Position numbers and translations under genes: made by a program
Origin: a bacterium
GTDB taxonomy: Bacteria > Patescibacteriota > Minisyncoccia > Phycocordibacterales > UBA9973
DNA: 64,000 nucleotides
Assembly: GCA_037143195.1 (NCBI GenBank)
Contig: JBAWZD010000001.1
Location: forward strand, 80,892 to 144,891
Direction: 5' to 3'
Shown here: positions 8,570 through 18,500 of the stretch, piece by piece
How the letters are laid out: every line of letters starts with the position of its first letter
How positions within the stretch are numbered: the stretch's first letter is position 1
The notes under the pieces: generated by a model
Told to the model about the DNA's origin: nothing
Seen by the model: only the letters and a program-made list of their open reading frames with translations
Databases searched by the model: none

Positions 8570-10999
8570 ATGGATTTCCTCCCCGATGGGGTTGCTTTTA
8601 ATAAAAATATTACCTATCTCGCGAAAACAAATTTTCGCGCTCATGAGCAGGTATTCGGTATCAAGCGTAAGGATCGACGCCAGCATATGTACGTGCTTGG
8701 AAAGTCCGGTTCGGGTAAATCCGTGCTTCTTGGAAACATGATCGTCCAGAATATCTGGAACGGTGAAGGTGTGTGTGTCATCGACCCGCACGGCGAGCTT
8801 GTGGAAAGTGTACTTGCGACTATTCCTGCACACCGCGCGAAAGATGTCATCTATTTCAACCCAGCCGATACTGACTACCACATTGGATTCAATGTGCTTC
8901 AAGTGGACGATCCAAAGTACAAACACCTTGTGGCATCCGGACTTATGGGAATCTTTACCAAGATTTGGGCCAATGCGTGGAGTGCCCGTATGGAATACAT
9001 TTTGAACAATGCGATTCTTGCACTTGCCGATACACCTGGGTCAACACTGCTTGGTATTCCACGTCTCCTCGTGGATAAAGACTACCGTCAGGTGGTCATC
9101 AACAACTTGAAAGATCCAGTGATCAAAGCGTTCTGGATTCATGAATACGAAAACTGGCGTGATCAATATCGTAACGAAGCGATCGCTCCAATTCAAAACA
9201 AAGTCGGACAATTTCTTTCGACCTCTATTGTTCGTAACGTCGTTGGTCAAGCGAAGTCTACGATCGATTTGTTTGAAATGATGAACACGGGAAAAATATT
9301 CCTCGTCAACGTTTCAAAAGGACGTATCGGTGAAGACAACTCTGCACTGCTCGGAGGTATGATCATTACCAAGCTTCAGCTCGCGGCGATGGAACGCGTG
9401 CGTATTCCTGAAGACGAGCGTAAGGATTTCTATCTCTACGTGGACGAATTTCAAAACTTCGTGACCGATGCATTCGCGTCGATTCTTTCTGAGGCACGTA
9501 AATATCGTCTCAACCTCACACTCGCGCACCAATACATTGCTCAGCTGGTGACCAAAGATTCAGAGGCCGTGCGTGATGCCGTATTCGGAAACGTTGGAAC
9601 GATGATTGTGTTTCGTGTTGGTGCGGCAGACGCTGAATTCTTGGAGCAAGAATTTGAACCAGAGTTTATGATTCAAGACATGGTGAATTTGCCGAACTAC
9701 ACAATCTATCTCAAGCTCATGGTGGACGGTGTTACGTCTCGTCCATTTTCTGCAAAGACACTTCCTCCATACAAAATTCCAGAGAACAGTAACGTTGCAC
9801 AAGAAATCATCGAATCATCACGACGATTGTATGCGCGTCCACGCGAAACCGTTGAAAAAGAAATTAATGAATGGAGTGGAATGCTCGTTGGACTTGCCGA
9901 AGAAGGGAAGTTTAAGGCGGTATGTTCGTCGTGTGGCAAAGAAACGATGGTGCCATTTGAACCTGAGGCAGGACGTCCAGTGTATTGTAAGGAATGTATC
10001 GCCAAGATCAAATCGGGTGAAATGAAACCGCTCAAGGGAACGAAACAGGAAAGTCTTCGTCCTCAATCGTATGCTGCCCTTTCGAGTCTCGGAATCGAAT
10101 TCGTTTCTGACGGATCGCCAATGCCGAAGCCGAGTGCTCCGCGGGGCATGCCACCACCAATGGCGCGTCCTCCAATCGGAAAGCCATTCGTGCCAACACG
10201 CATGCCACTTCCAGTGACGAAACCTGTCATGAATGGAGCGAAAGCTTCCTCGCCCGTTGTACCAAAAGCACCAATCAAGGGCGGAGAAAAACCTTCGCTT
10301 GGCGCTATTGCTCGGGCGAATAATGCGCAGGCGGCTCGTGCGACACAAGCTCCTGAAAGTACACAATCTGATCGACCAAAGAATTTCCGAACGCCAAACG
10401 TCGAGCGCAAAGGTCCTGATCATGAAGGATTGCAGTCAATCTTGAAACAAGCACTCGGCAGTGCGATGAAAGAAGAAACACCGGTTGTTCCTCAAACAAC
10501 AAACACCGAGACAGTAAAAAATGGGCCAGACATGGTTGTTGAGAAAAAAGAGGAGCGACCAACGATATCGTTGTCAGCACTCAAGAAGCCTGATTCTGTC
10601 GTGAATGCTGCTCCAAAACTCCAGACCAAAACAGCTTCTGATGAACGTGTCTCGGCATTGCAGAATGCAATCGCACGAGCAGCAAAAATTGAAATCAAAC
10701 CGGAACCAAAAGTCGAACCTACGCCAATCGTTGAGGAAAAGAGCGAAGCTTCTCTCGCTCCAGTTGCTCCGCGGGTAGAGACTACTTTTGTTCCGCGCCC
10801 CGCACCGCCCGTGGTAGAGACTCCAACACCGAAAATAGATGTCACTCCTATACCTCAAGCCCCAAGTACTCCGCCACCACCTGCTGAAAAACAAACACCT
10901 GATGAGGACAAACAACCTGAAGAAAAACCGGCTGACGCAACTGGCAAAAAAGTTCGCGAAATTCCGGAAGATATCTTGAGGAAGGTTCTCAATGAATAA
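8570..10999 (+). CDS. HerA/VirB4/TraG-D-like ATPase (paralog 2) with CxxC-x17-CxxC domain and long Pro-rich disordered tail
   Basis: GKSGSGKS, IDPHGE, LYVDEFQN, EARKY, LAHQY; AVCSSCGKETMVPFEPEAGRPVYCKEC; P/A/K/E-rich C-terminus. Confidence 0.85.
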   Translation: MDFLPDGVAFNKNITYLAKTNFRAHEQVFGIKRKDRRQHMYVLGKSGSGKSVLLGNMIVQNIWNGEGVCVIDPHGELVESVLATIPAHRAKDVIYFNPADTDYHIGFNVLQVDDPKYKHLVASGLMGIFTKIWANAWSARMEYILNNAILALADTPGSTLLGIPRLLVDKDYRQVVINNLKDPVIKAFWIHEYENWRDQYRNEAIAPIQNKVGQFLSTSIVRNVVGQAKSTIDLFEMMNTGKIFLVNVSKGRIGEDNSALLGGMIITKLQLAAMERVRIPEDERKDFYLYVDEFQNFVTDAFASILSEARKYRLNLTLAHQYIAQLVTKDSEAVRDAVFGNVGTMIVFRVGAADAEFLEQEFEPEFMIQDMVNLPNYTIYLKLMVDGVTSRPFSAKTLPPYKIPENSNVAQEIIESSRRLYARPRETVEKEINEWSGMLVGLAEEGKFKAVCSSCGKETMVPFEPEAGRPVYCKECIAKIKSGEMKPLKGTKQESLRPQSYAALSSLGIEFVSDGSPMPKPSAPRGMPPPMARPPIGKPFVPTRMPLPVTKPVMNGAKASSPVVPKAPIKGGEKPSLGAIARANNAQAARATQAPESTQSDRPKNFRTPNVERKGPDHEGLQSILKQALGSAMKEETPVVPQTTNTETVKNGPDMVVEKKEERPTISLSALKKPDSVVNAAPKLQTKTASDERVSALQNAIARAAKIEIKPEPKVEPTPIVEEKSEASLAPVAPRVETTFVPRPAPPVVETPTPKIDVTPIPQAPSTPPPPAEKQTPDEDKQPEEKPADATGKKVREIPEDILRKVLNE

Positions 11000-11027
11000 T
11001 TAGTAATTAGTTTTTTTGTGTTTTCTC

Positions 11028-12563
11028 ATGCGCCATATTTCTATGTGTGTTCTTTTTGGTGTGATGTTTGTGAGTGTGCTATGTTTGGGCGTGAAGTACG
11101 TACAGGCCTCGAATGGTTTAGAAATATCAGAAATAATGTACGACCCGAGTGGTACTGATACGAATCGCGAGTGGATTGAAGTACACAATACAAGTTCTGA
11201 GAGTATTGATCTCGCGGGATATTTTTTGTTGACGGATGGTTTGTCGAGCTCGCATCATGCGCTCGCGCCTGTCGGCGCGAGCGCAATCCCACATGACGGA
11301 TATGCCGTCATCGTTCAGGATGTGAATGCATTCAAAACAGATTATCCAAATTACTCAGGATTGCTGTTTGATTCTAGTTGGACAGGACTTACTGCAAGTA
11401 GTGGTAAAACAATCGCCCTCATTGATACCGCGGGAGTGGTGCTTGATCAAGTCACATATGACCCATCGATCGGTGCGACAAACGATGGCAATTCGTTACA
11501 AAAAAATTCCACCGGCGCATGGGTGAGTGCACCGCCGACACCGAATAGTGCTCTCCAAAATACTGATACGAATTCTCATGCTACGACAGATACAGGAACG
11601 AACGAGCAAACAACAAATCAAAGCGCGAGTAGTGTTTCGGTGCTTGCTCCCGTGAGTTCCGAAAAAAATGTTGAATCAAAAGCGACCGTACCACATATCG
11701 ATTTTTCGATTCCAAAAATCGCAACCACCGGTATTCCGGTTCCAATCGTGTATACCGTTTATGGTGCACAAGGAGATATCCGCTATTACGGGAGTGTTCA
11801 TATTGCGTTTGGAGATGGTTCGGAATATGGTGGTTCGTCAAAGGATGAGACCTCACACATCTATCAATCCGCGGGAACATATATTGTGAAGCTCGACTAT
11901 CGCTCAAATTCGTATATACAAAAACCTGACATGTCTGTGCGAGCGACCGTCGTCGTGTCGAGCCCGAGCGTTGTAGTGTCGCAGGTTACCTCAGATGATT
12001 CAATCGTGCTCGCGAATACGAGCACGAGCGAGGCAGATATTTCGGGGTGGATTCTGACTGCAACCCTCGGTGAAAAGAAAAACGAATTTCACATTCCCGA
12101 TGGTACGATTATTGCACCCAAGGCGATAGTAACAGTACCCGCAAGTGTCGTCGGATTTTTGGGTGACGTTCCGACGATTACACTCTCGTTACCACTGCAT
12201 ATACCGGTTAGTACCTATACAATGAGTATCGAAAACGAAACGGATCAACCCATTGTTGCAGCAACACCAAATCAAAGAGCGACTATCTCAACAATCGATC
12301 AATCAGAAAAATCACCTGAAACAAATGTCGAAATGAATAGTGCGCTCGCGCTCCAACCAACAGAAACAAAAACAGGGAAGTCATTCTTTTGGTATGCGAT
12401 GTTTCTGCTTGTCGTGATTGCGTGTTCTGTTTATTCGTTTCTACGTTTTGTCGGAATAAAAAAACAAGATGGAGATATCCCAATCGTTCGTGAAGCATTC
12501 GCGCAAGAAGTAGAAGGCGAGCATCCGAGTGGTATTGATGATGTGCGGATTGTCGAAGAATAG
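11028..12563 (+). CDS. Surface protein with lamin-tail (LTD) domains, PKD-like domain and C-terminal TM anchor
   Basis: Signal peptide; ISEIMYDP...REWIEVHN; FGDG...HIYQSAGTY; second LTD-like DISGWIL; TM helix near the C-terminus. Start uncertain. Confidence 0.75.
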   Translation: MRHISMCVLFGVMFVSVLCLGVKYVQASNGLEISEIMYDPSGTDTNREWIEVHNTSSESIDLAGYFLLTDGLSSSHHALAPVGASAIPHDGYAVIVQDVNAFKTDYPNYSGLLFDSSWTGLTASSGKTIALIDTAGVVLDQVTYDPSIGATNDGNSLQKNSTGAWVSAPPTPNSALQNTDTNSHATTDTGTNEQTTNQSASSVSVLAPVSSEKNVESKATVPHIDFSIPKIATTGIPVPIVYTVYGAQGDIRYYGSVHIAFGDGSEYGGSSKDETSHIYQSAGTYIVKLDYRSNSYIQKPDMSVRATVVVSSPSVVVSQVTSDDSIVLANTSTSEADISGWILTATLGEKKNEFHIPDGTIIAPKAIVTVPASVVGFLGDVPTITLSLPLHIPVSTYTMSIENETDQPIVAATPNQRATISTIDQSEKSPETNVEMNSALALQPTETKTGKSFFWYAMFLLVVIACSVYSFLRFVGIKKQDGDIPIVREAFAQEVEGEHPSGIDDVRIVEE

Positions 12564-12566
12564 AAA

Positions 12567-12597
12567 TAAAAATACCCCGAGTGTCGGGGTATTTTTA
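12567..12597. terminator. Bidirectional intrinsic terminator
   Basis: TAAAAATACCCCGA-GTG-TCGGGGTATTTTTA between convergent genes. Confidence 0.8.
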
Positions 12598-12607
12598 TGA
12601 GAGGCGA

Positions 12608-12772
12608 TTACTTGTTTTCATTTTTTTCGTGAGACTTCTCGTCGTGGCCTTCACTTTGGCAATGACATGCCTCGAGTGGTTGACCGTGTTTTGCACAGGA
12701 TTCGGCCTGACACGTTCCTGGCGTAAGGGAGATACCTTTGCATCCGCCCGTACAGATGTAGTGTTCTTTCAT
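12608..12772 (-). CDS. Small Cys/His-rich protein (54 aa), absent from the ORF track
   Basis: Hand translation MKEHYICTGGCKGISLTPGTCQAESCAKHGQPLEACHCQSEGHDEKSHEKNENK*; ends just before the terminator. Confidence 0.7.
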   Translation of the reverse strand: MKEHYICTGGCKGISLTPGTCQAESCAKHGQPLEACHCQSEGHDEKSHEKNENK

Positions 12773-12840
12773 CGCAACGCTTACTTAGCCCGCAGTGTGC
12801 GGGTATTTAATAATACGCACACCTACAGTATAATCGAAAT

Positions 12841-13434
12841 ATGAAAAAGCGAGAAGCGCTCGCTGAGCTCAATGAGCGCAATCACCAAGTAAATACCTGT
12901 TCGCTCAAAAGCCTTGCCACGCAAGCGGTATTTGGTGCTGGTTCTCCGACCGCCGAAGTCGTTTTTATTGGGGAGGCTCCGGGCAAAACGGAGGACAAAC
13001 TCGGTATCCCGTTTATGGGTTCAGCCGGAAGATTCTTGGATGAGATGCTTAGCGAAATTAAGCTTTCTCGCAGTGATGTATATATAACGAACGTAGTGAA
13101 ATATCGACCGCCCAACAATCGTGATCCGTTGCCCGAGGAAAAGGACGCATGCCGGGCGTGGCTCATTGAAGAACTCGAACTTGTGCAACCGAAGTTGATT
13201 GTGTTTCTTGGTCGTCATGCACTACGAAGTTTTTTTCCTGATCTAAAAATTGGTGAAGCACACGGAAAGCTCGTTCACGCTCACGTTGATGGATTGCACA
13301 CGGAATATTTTCTTCCGCTGTACCATCCTGCGAGTGCTCTCTATAATGGTGCGCTACGCGAAACACTCAAAAAAGATTTTGTGCAGATCTTGAATGCTCT
13401 GAAAAAAATCGAGCGTGGTGAGGGGCGAGATTAA
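12841..13434 (+). CDS. udg: Uracil-DNA glycosylase, family 4
   Basis: [29 protein letters not shown] and YHPASALY motifs. Confidence 0.88.
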   Translation: MKKREALAELNERNHQVNTCSLKSLATQAVFGAGSPTAEVVFIGEAPGKTEDKLGIPFMGSAGRFLDEMLSEIKLSRSDVYITNVVKYRPPNNRDPLPEEKDACRAWLIEELELVQPKLIVFLGRHALRSFFPDLKIGEAHGKLVHAHVDGLHTEYFLPLYHPASALYNGALRETLKKDFVQILNALKKIERGEGRD

Positions 13435-14699
13435 TGAGTCCGAGCGGCTTCTTCTTCGGCGAAGATGCAAGTCGGACAGGACTCGGTGAGCATTCCTCCT
13501 TCGCGCCATACAGTAAATGCCTTGTGCAAGGGGAGAATGGAAAGGAAGAATTTGAAGTCAATGATTTGACGAAGCCACCAAAACAAACGACCGCTGAGCG
13601 TTATATTTTTGTAGGTTAGTACGGCCCAATTTTCTCCAATTGGGATGACGTACGGTGTGACACGTGGATCGTGGCGAGGAAGTTTTCTGTGACGAATGAT
13701 ATTCGCAATCATTTCTCCCATGTAATTGCCATCATAAATCGCAGTCTGTGCAGTACCAGAAAATGGAGTCGCGGCACCGTCACCGACGGCAAATACGGTA
13801 TCGAGATCCTGCACTTTGAGATGTTCATCGACGAGTATTCGGCCAGCTTTGTCGAGAGGGAGTCCTTGAATGAGCGCATGTACACGATTTGGTCGAACAC
13901 CTGCCGTCCAGACGACCGTCTTTGCATTGAGCGCGATGTCTTTCATGTAGACACCTTTTTCATCTTCATTTGTAACTGCATGGTTGAGGATGATATTGAT
14001 GCCGAGCTTATCAAGACGTTTTACAACGCGCTCTGATACGGCTTCAGACATTGTTGGAAGGAGTCGAGATGCTGCTTGTAAAATATCGACGGTCACGAGT
14101 TTTTCTGAAATCGTGTGAATACGCGCGAGACTTCGAGCATAGCGTCTGATTTCACCAGCGAGCTCAACACCAGCTGGACCTCCGCCGACGATGACGAATT
14201 GAAATTGTGGCATAATCTCCGCCTTTGAGAGACCTGAGTGATCGTCGAACAATTCATGCAAATGATTTTTGAGTTTTAGTGCTGAGCCGACGGATTTAAT
14301 CGTGTAGGAATTTTGCTCAACTCCAGGGATACCGAAGTATGCAGTCTCTGCACCGAGTGCAAGCACGAGATAGTCGTAATGATAGACAGAACCACTTGCT
14401 CCAGTCAGTGTTCGCGTGACGACAGATCCACCAGTGATGGTATCAATGACGTATTCAATTTTTTTCCTGCCAATAATATCTCCAAGTGGAATACAGGTTT
14501 CCATCGGGGATTTGCCGGTAGCGAGCTTGTAGAGTGCTGGCGTGTATTCAAAATGGTGACGATCGGAGATGAGTGTGATGATGAGGTTTGGAATTTTTGC
14601 TTTTTCCAAACGAAGTGCCGTGCGAATTCCACCGAAGCCTCCGCCGATGATAAGAACACGTGTTGGATTTGCAGGAACACCGACCGGTGATGAATTCAT
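13431..14699 (-). CDS. ndh: Type II NADH dehydrogenase (NDH-2) family FAD oxidoreductase
   Basis: GGGFGG, YDYLVLALG, VGGGPAGVELAGE, WTAGV and FAVGD motifs. Confidence 0.85.
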   Translation of the reverse strand: MNSSPVGVPANPTRVLIIGGGFGGIRTALRLEKAKIPNLIITLISDRHHFEYTPALYKLATGKSPMETCIPLGDIIGRKKIEYVIDTITGGSVVTRTLTGASGSVYHYDYLVLALGAETAYFGIPGVEQNSYTIKSVGSALKLKNHLHELFDDHSGLSKAEIMPQFQFVIVGGGPAGVELAGEIRRYARSLARIHTISEKLVTVDILQAASRLLPTMSEAVSERVVKRLDKLGINIILNHAVTNEDEKGVYMKDIALNAKTVVWTAGVRPNRVHALIQGLPLDKAGRILVDEHLKVQDLDTVFAVGDGAATPFSGTAQTAIYDGNYMGEMIANIIRHRKLPRHDPRVTPYVIPIGENWAVLTYKNITLSGRLFWWLRQIIDFKFFLSILPLHKAFTVWREGGMLTESCPTCIFAEEEAARTH

Positions 14700-14763
14700 G
14701 TCTCTTTATTGTATCACGCTTGAGGCGTTGCCAAAAATGATGAGTGCGGGTATAGTGCTCGGT

Positions 14764-15075
14764 ATGGGAATTCAAACATTTTTGATGAAGAAGGCATTAC
14801 AAGCAAAGGGTATGTCTAAGGAACAGGCCGAGATGATTGCCGACAAACTTGAGAAAGATCCTTCGATCGCCGATAAGATGAAAGCACTTGAGAGTAATAA
14901 AGAACTCAAGACTTTGTTTGAAAATATTCAAAAAGAAATCGAACAAAAAACCAAAAGGGGAATGCCTGAGCAATATGCTGCGATGGCCGTGATGACGAAA
15001 TATAAAGATCAGGTCGCAAAACATCGCGATGATCTCGCGCCACTCATGGAACTCATGATGGGCATCAAGGGTTAA
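14764..15075 (+). CDS. Hypothetical Met/Lys-rich helical protein
   Basis: 103-aa ORF from ATG 14764, 7 nt after TATAGT; the track's upstream extension overlaps ndh. Confidence 0.7.
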   Translation: MGIQTFLMKKALQAKGMSKEQAEMIADKLEKDPSIADKMKALESNKELKTLFENIQKEIEQKTKRGMPEQYAAMAVMTKYKDQVAKHRDDLAPLMELMMGIKG

Positions 15076-15086
15076 TCTTTAATCAC

Positions 15087-15488
15087 ATGATAGACGACTT
15101 CAAAAAATTCTTGCTTCGTGGCAACGTAATCGACCTCGCGGTGGGTGTTGTTATCGGTGCCGCGTTTGGAGCGATTGTTTCTGCACTTGTGACTGATTTG
15201 ATCACGCCACTGATCGCGGCTATTGCAAAAGTTCCTGATTTTTCCGGAATGTATTTTACGCTTCACGGAAGCAAATTTATGTATGGTCATTTTGTTAATG
15301 CACTCATATCATTTTTCCTCGTTTCGGGATCTGTCTTTTTCTTTGTCGTCCGACCAATGAACGCACTCATCTCACGTTCACGAAAAGAAAAAACAATTCA
15401 TCCCACAACAAAAAAATGTGCCGAGTGTCTCAGCGAGATTCCAATTGAGGCGAAGCGATGCGCGTACTGTGCACAACTTGTCGATTAA
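15087..15488 (+). CDS. mscL: Large-conductance mechanosensitive channel with C-terminal zinc ribbon
   Basis: FKKFLLRGNVIDLAVGVVIGAAF; C-terminal CAECLSEIPIEAKRCAYC. Confidence 0.93.
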   Translation: MIDDFKKFLLRGNVIDLAVGVVIGAAFGAIVSALVTDLITPLIAAIAKVPDFSGMYFTLHGSKFMYGHFVNALISFFLVSGSVFFFVVRPMNALISRSRKEKTIHPTTKKCAECLSEIPIEAKRCAYCAQLVD

Positions 15489-15563
15489 TATCGCTCCACA
15501 ATAGATATGCTTCTGACAATGCGTAAAACCTGTTACTATAGGTATGGGTCTCGCAAAAATCAT

Positions 15564-18500
15564 ATGAACACAAGAATACACACACTCTCGCTCGGGCTCC
15601 TTTTTTTGGGCGCACTCTTTTTCCCGTACGCACACGCAGATGCGTTTGCAACCATAAATACCGGTGCAGGATCGACGCCTAACTACTCATCCGTCGCAGA
15701 AAAAAAACTCTACGCAGGAAGCGGGAGTGATGACGTCGTTGTTATCAACGGTGCGGATGATTCCGTGTCTCATATTCCTGTCGGTGGCCCGACAGGTTTT
15801 TCTGTTCCTGTGGGCAACAAAGTCTACATGGAGACCAACGATGGGATTGTGGTCATTAACGCAACGACCGATACAGTCATCACCACGATTCCGGTTCTTG
15901 GATTGAATGGACGAGGTGGAACCTACGGCACTGTCGTGGGAACGCACTTGTACTGGGGTAACATTTCAAACTCGACTGTGTCTGTGATCGATACGACGAC
16001 TGATACCGTCGTCGGAAGTCCGATTTCTGTCGGAGGCGTTCCATTTTCTGCGAGTGTCGTTGGCACTACGATATACCTCAACTGCCAAACTGCGAATACT
16101 GTATATGTCATCGACGCTGATCCACGCTCGACTAACTACAATACTGTCATCGCGACGATTCCGGTAGGAGGAAGTCCATACTACTCGACTGCATTCGGCA
16201 AAAAAGTGTATGTGAGTAACAATAGTGACGCCACGATGTCTGTCATTGACGCAGATCCCGAGTCTGCATCGTACAATCATGTCATCGGAAGTCCGATTCC
16301 AATTGGAAGTGCTCCGTACACTGCGCGATCGATAGGACATAAGATATATGTCAGCGTGTATGGTGACAACGCGGAATCTGTCATTGATACAACAGATACG
16401 ACACCAGAGTTTCCGGGTGGACGATTCATGAAAAAAATTCCTGTCGGTGTCGCACCTGACTACGCACGATTTGTCGGAACGCGATTGTACGTCGCAAACC
16501 AAGGTGATCATAGTGTGTCGGTGATTGATACGGATACAGATACTGTTGTTGGTACAATCAGCGGAACAGGAATTCGATATCCAAGTGTTATCGGAACAAA
16601 AGTGTATGTTCCTGCGCTTGGATACGATTCTGTCACTGTTATCGATACAACCACTGACGTGACAGGGGATTTTCCCCAGCTTGTATCGTTTAGCACAAGC
16701 TCGCCCGATGGAACGTACTCGGCATCGGACACGATTCCTATCACGGCAAACTTTGGTCGTCCACTTCATTCGGGATCAACAATGACTGTTCGACTGAATA
16801 CCGGGGCTTCAGTTGTTTTGAATTCAGTTTCGGGTACGCAATTGTCGGGTACGTATACGGTCGGTGTGAATGATCAAACTCCTGATTTGGCAGTCTCGTC
16901 GATTCTGAGTGCTTCGGTTACTGATACGACAAATCACACACGCATGAATTATGCGATGCCGTATTCTGCAGGCAATTTTTCAGCCGAGAATTCTTTGATT
17001 GAGCGTAATATTGGTGATAGCAAAAATATTGTCATCGGAACATTTTTTTCTATTCCTGTTGGGAATAATCCTTATCAAATTTCTCCAGTCGTGACAGTCG
17101 GTGGTACAAAGTATGTCTATGTTGCCAATCAGGGCGATGGTACGGTGTCAGTCATTCGTTTGTCGGATTCGACAGTTGTTAGCACAATCACTGTTGGTTC
17201 TGAGCCGTATGGAATTGCCTCGGCCACTGTTTCGGGGGTTGTGTATTTATATGTCGCGAACACTGGTTCAAAATCAGTTTCTGTTATCGACACAAGCACC
17301 AACACCGTAGCTGCAACTGTCACTGTTGGATTAAATCCGTACTATGCGACGACTGTCGGAACAAACGTGTATGTCACAAATGGATTATCGAATACCGTCT
17401 CTGTGATTGATGCGAATACAAATACACTTGAGTCGACCGTCGAAGTAGGCTCGTATCCTCGTGGCATCAAAGCCCACGGTACGAATGTGTACGTCGCAAA
17501 CTACGGTGACATCAACAACAATTATGGTGGCAATAACACGATTTCTGTCATCGATGCAAACCCTGCATCTCCGACGTTCAACCAAGTCACGGCAACGATT
17601 GTTTCTCCAGGAGGAAGTGCCGGGCCTCGCGGAGTGACAATGCATACCGATGCAACGCTTGGAGACAAAGTCTATGTTTCTAACTTTCGTTCAGACACAG
17701 TTTCTGTTATCGACGTTAATCCGGCGCATGGGAACACTTACAACAAAATCGTACAAACTATCGCGGTTGGTAAAGGTCCGCGCGGCATGACTATCTTCGG
17801 TGATTATGTTTATGTAGAAAATTTTGACGACGGTACGATATCGATTATTGATACAACTGCATCGGGTGGTCTTGGTGCACTTATCGGATCGATTGATCCT
17901 GCAGGGCATTCACCGTCTGGTATTACCCCTGTGACGGGTGCTGGCGTTGCGATTCCAGGGATCTATTTTTCTCGCTTTCAGGACGGCGTTGTTTCGATTA
18001 TTGATACTGCAACCAATCAAGTCTATCCGCCACATCCAGCGACAACCTATACAATCACTGGACCGAGTACTGGAGTTTTGAATACGGTGTCAGACGTGTT
18101 TTCCGTACGTATGAACGGTACATTTTCTGGTGCCGTCACCATCACTCCGTCGGGCGGGGGAATCACAAATCCAATCGTACTCCATTTCTCAAATTCTCCG
18201 ACGCAATTTTTTACCATTACTCCGAGCGCAGTTGGAACGATATCACTCACTGCTTCAAACGATGGTGGATTACCTGATCCATCATCGCTCACATACCTCG
18301 CATACAATACGATGCCGTTTGTCTCGACCGGTAGTGCGACGGTACTTTCAGACACGTCAGTCCAAATGAGTGGCACGGTGACTGACATTGGTACGAGTAC
18401 TGTCACCACTACAGGATTCCATTATGGTACTGATGCATCGCTTGTGACGTATAGCGATAGTCGTACGATTGATTTGTCTATAACATCTACGCCGACAGGT

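Noticed and set aside
12581-12844. 87-aa plus-strand ORF
   Set aside because: Starts inside a terminator and is the antisense shadow of the more convincing Cys/His-rich ORF.
15966-16769. 267-aa antisense ORF and other shadows within the giant adhesin
   Set aside because: No protein motifs; expected from codon bias on the coding strand.
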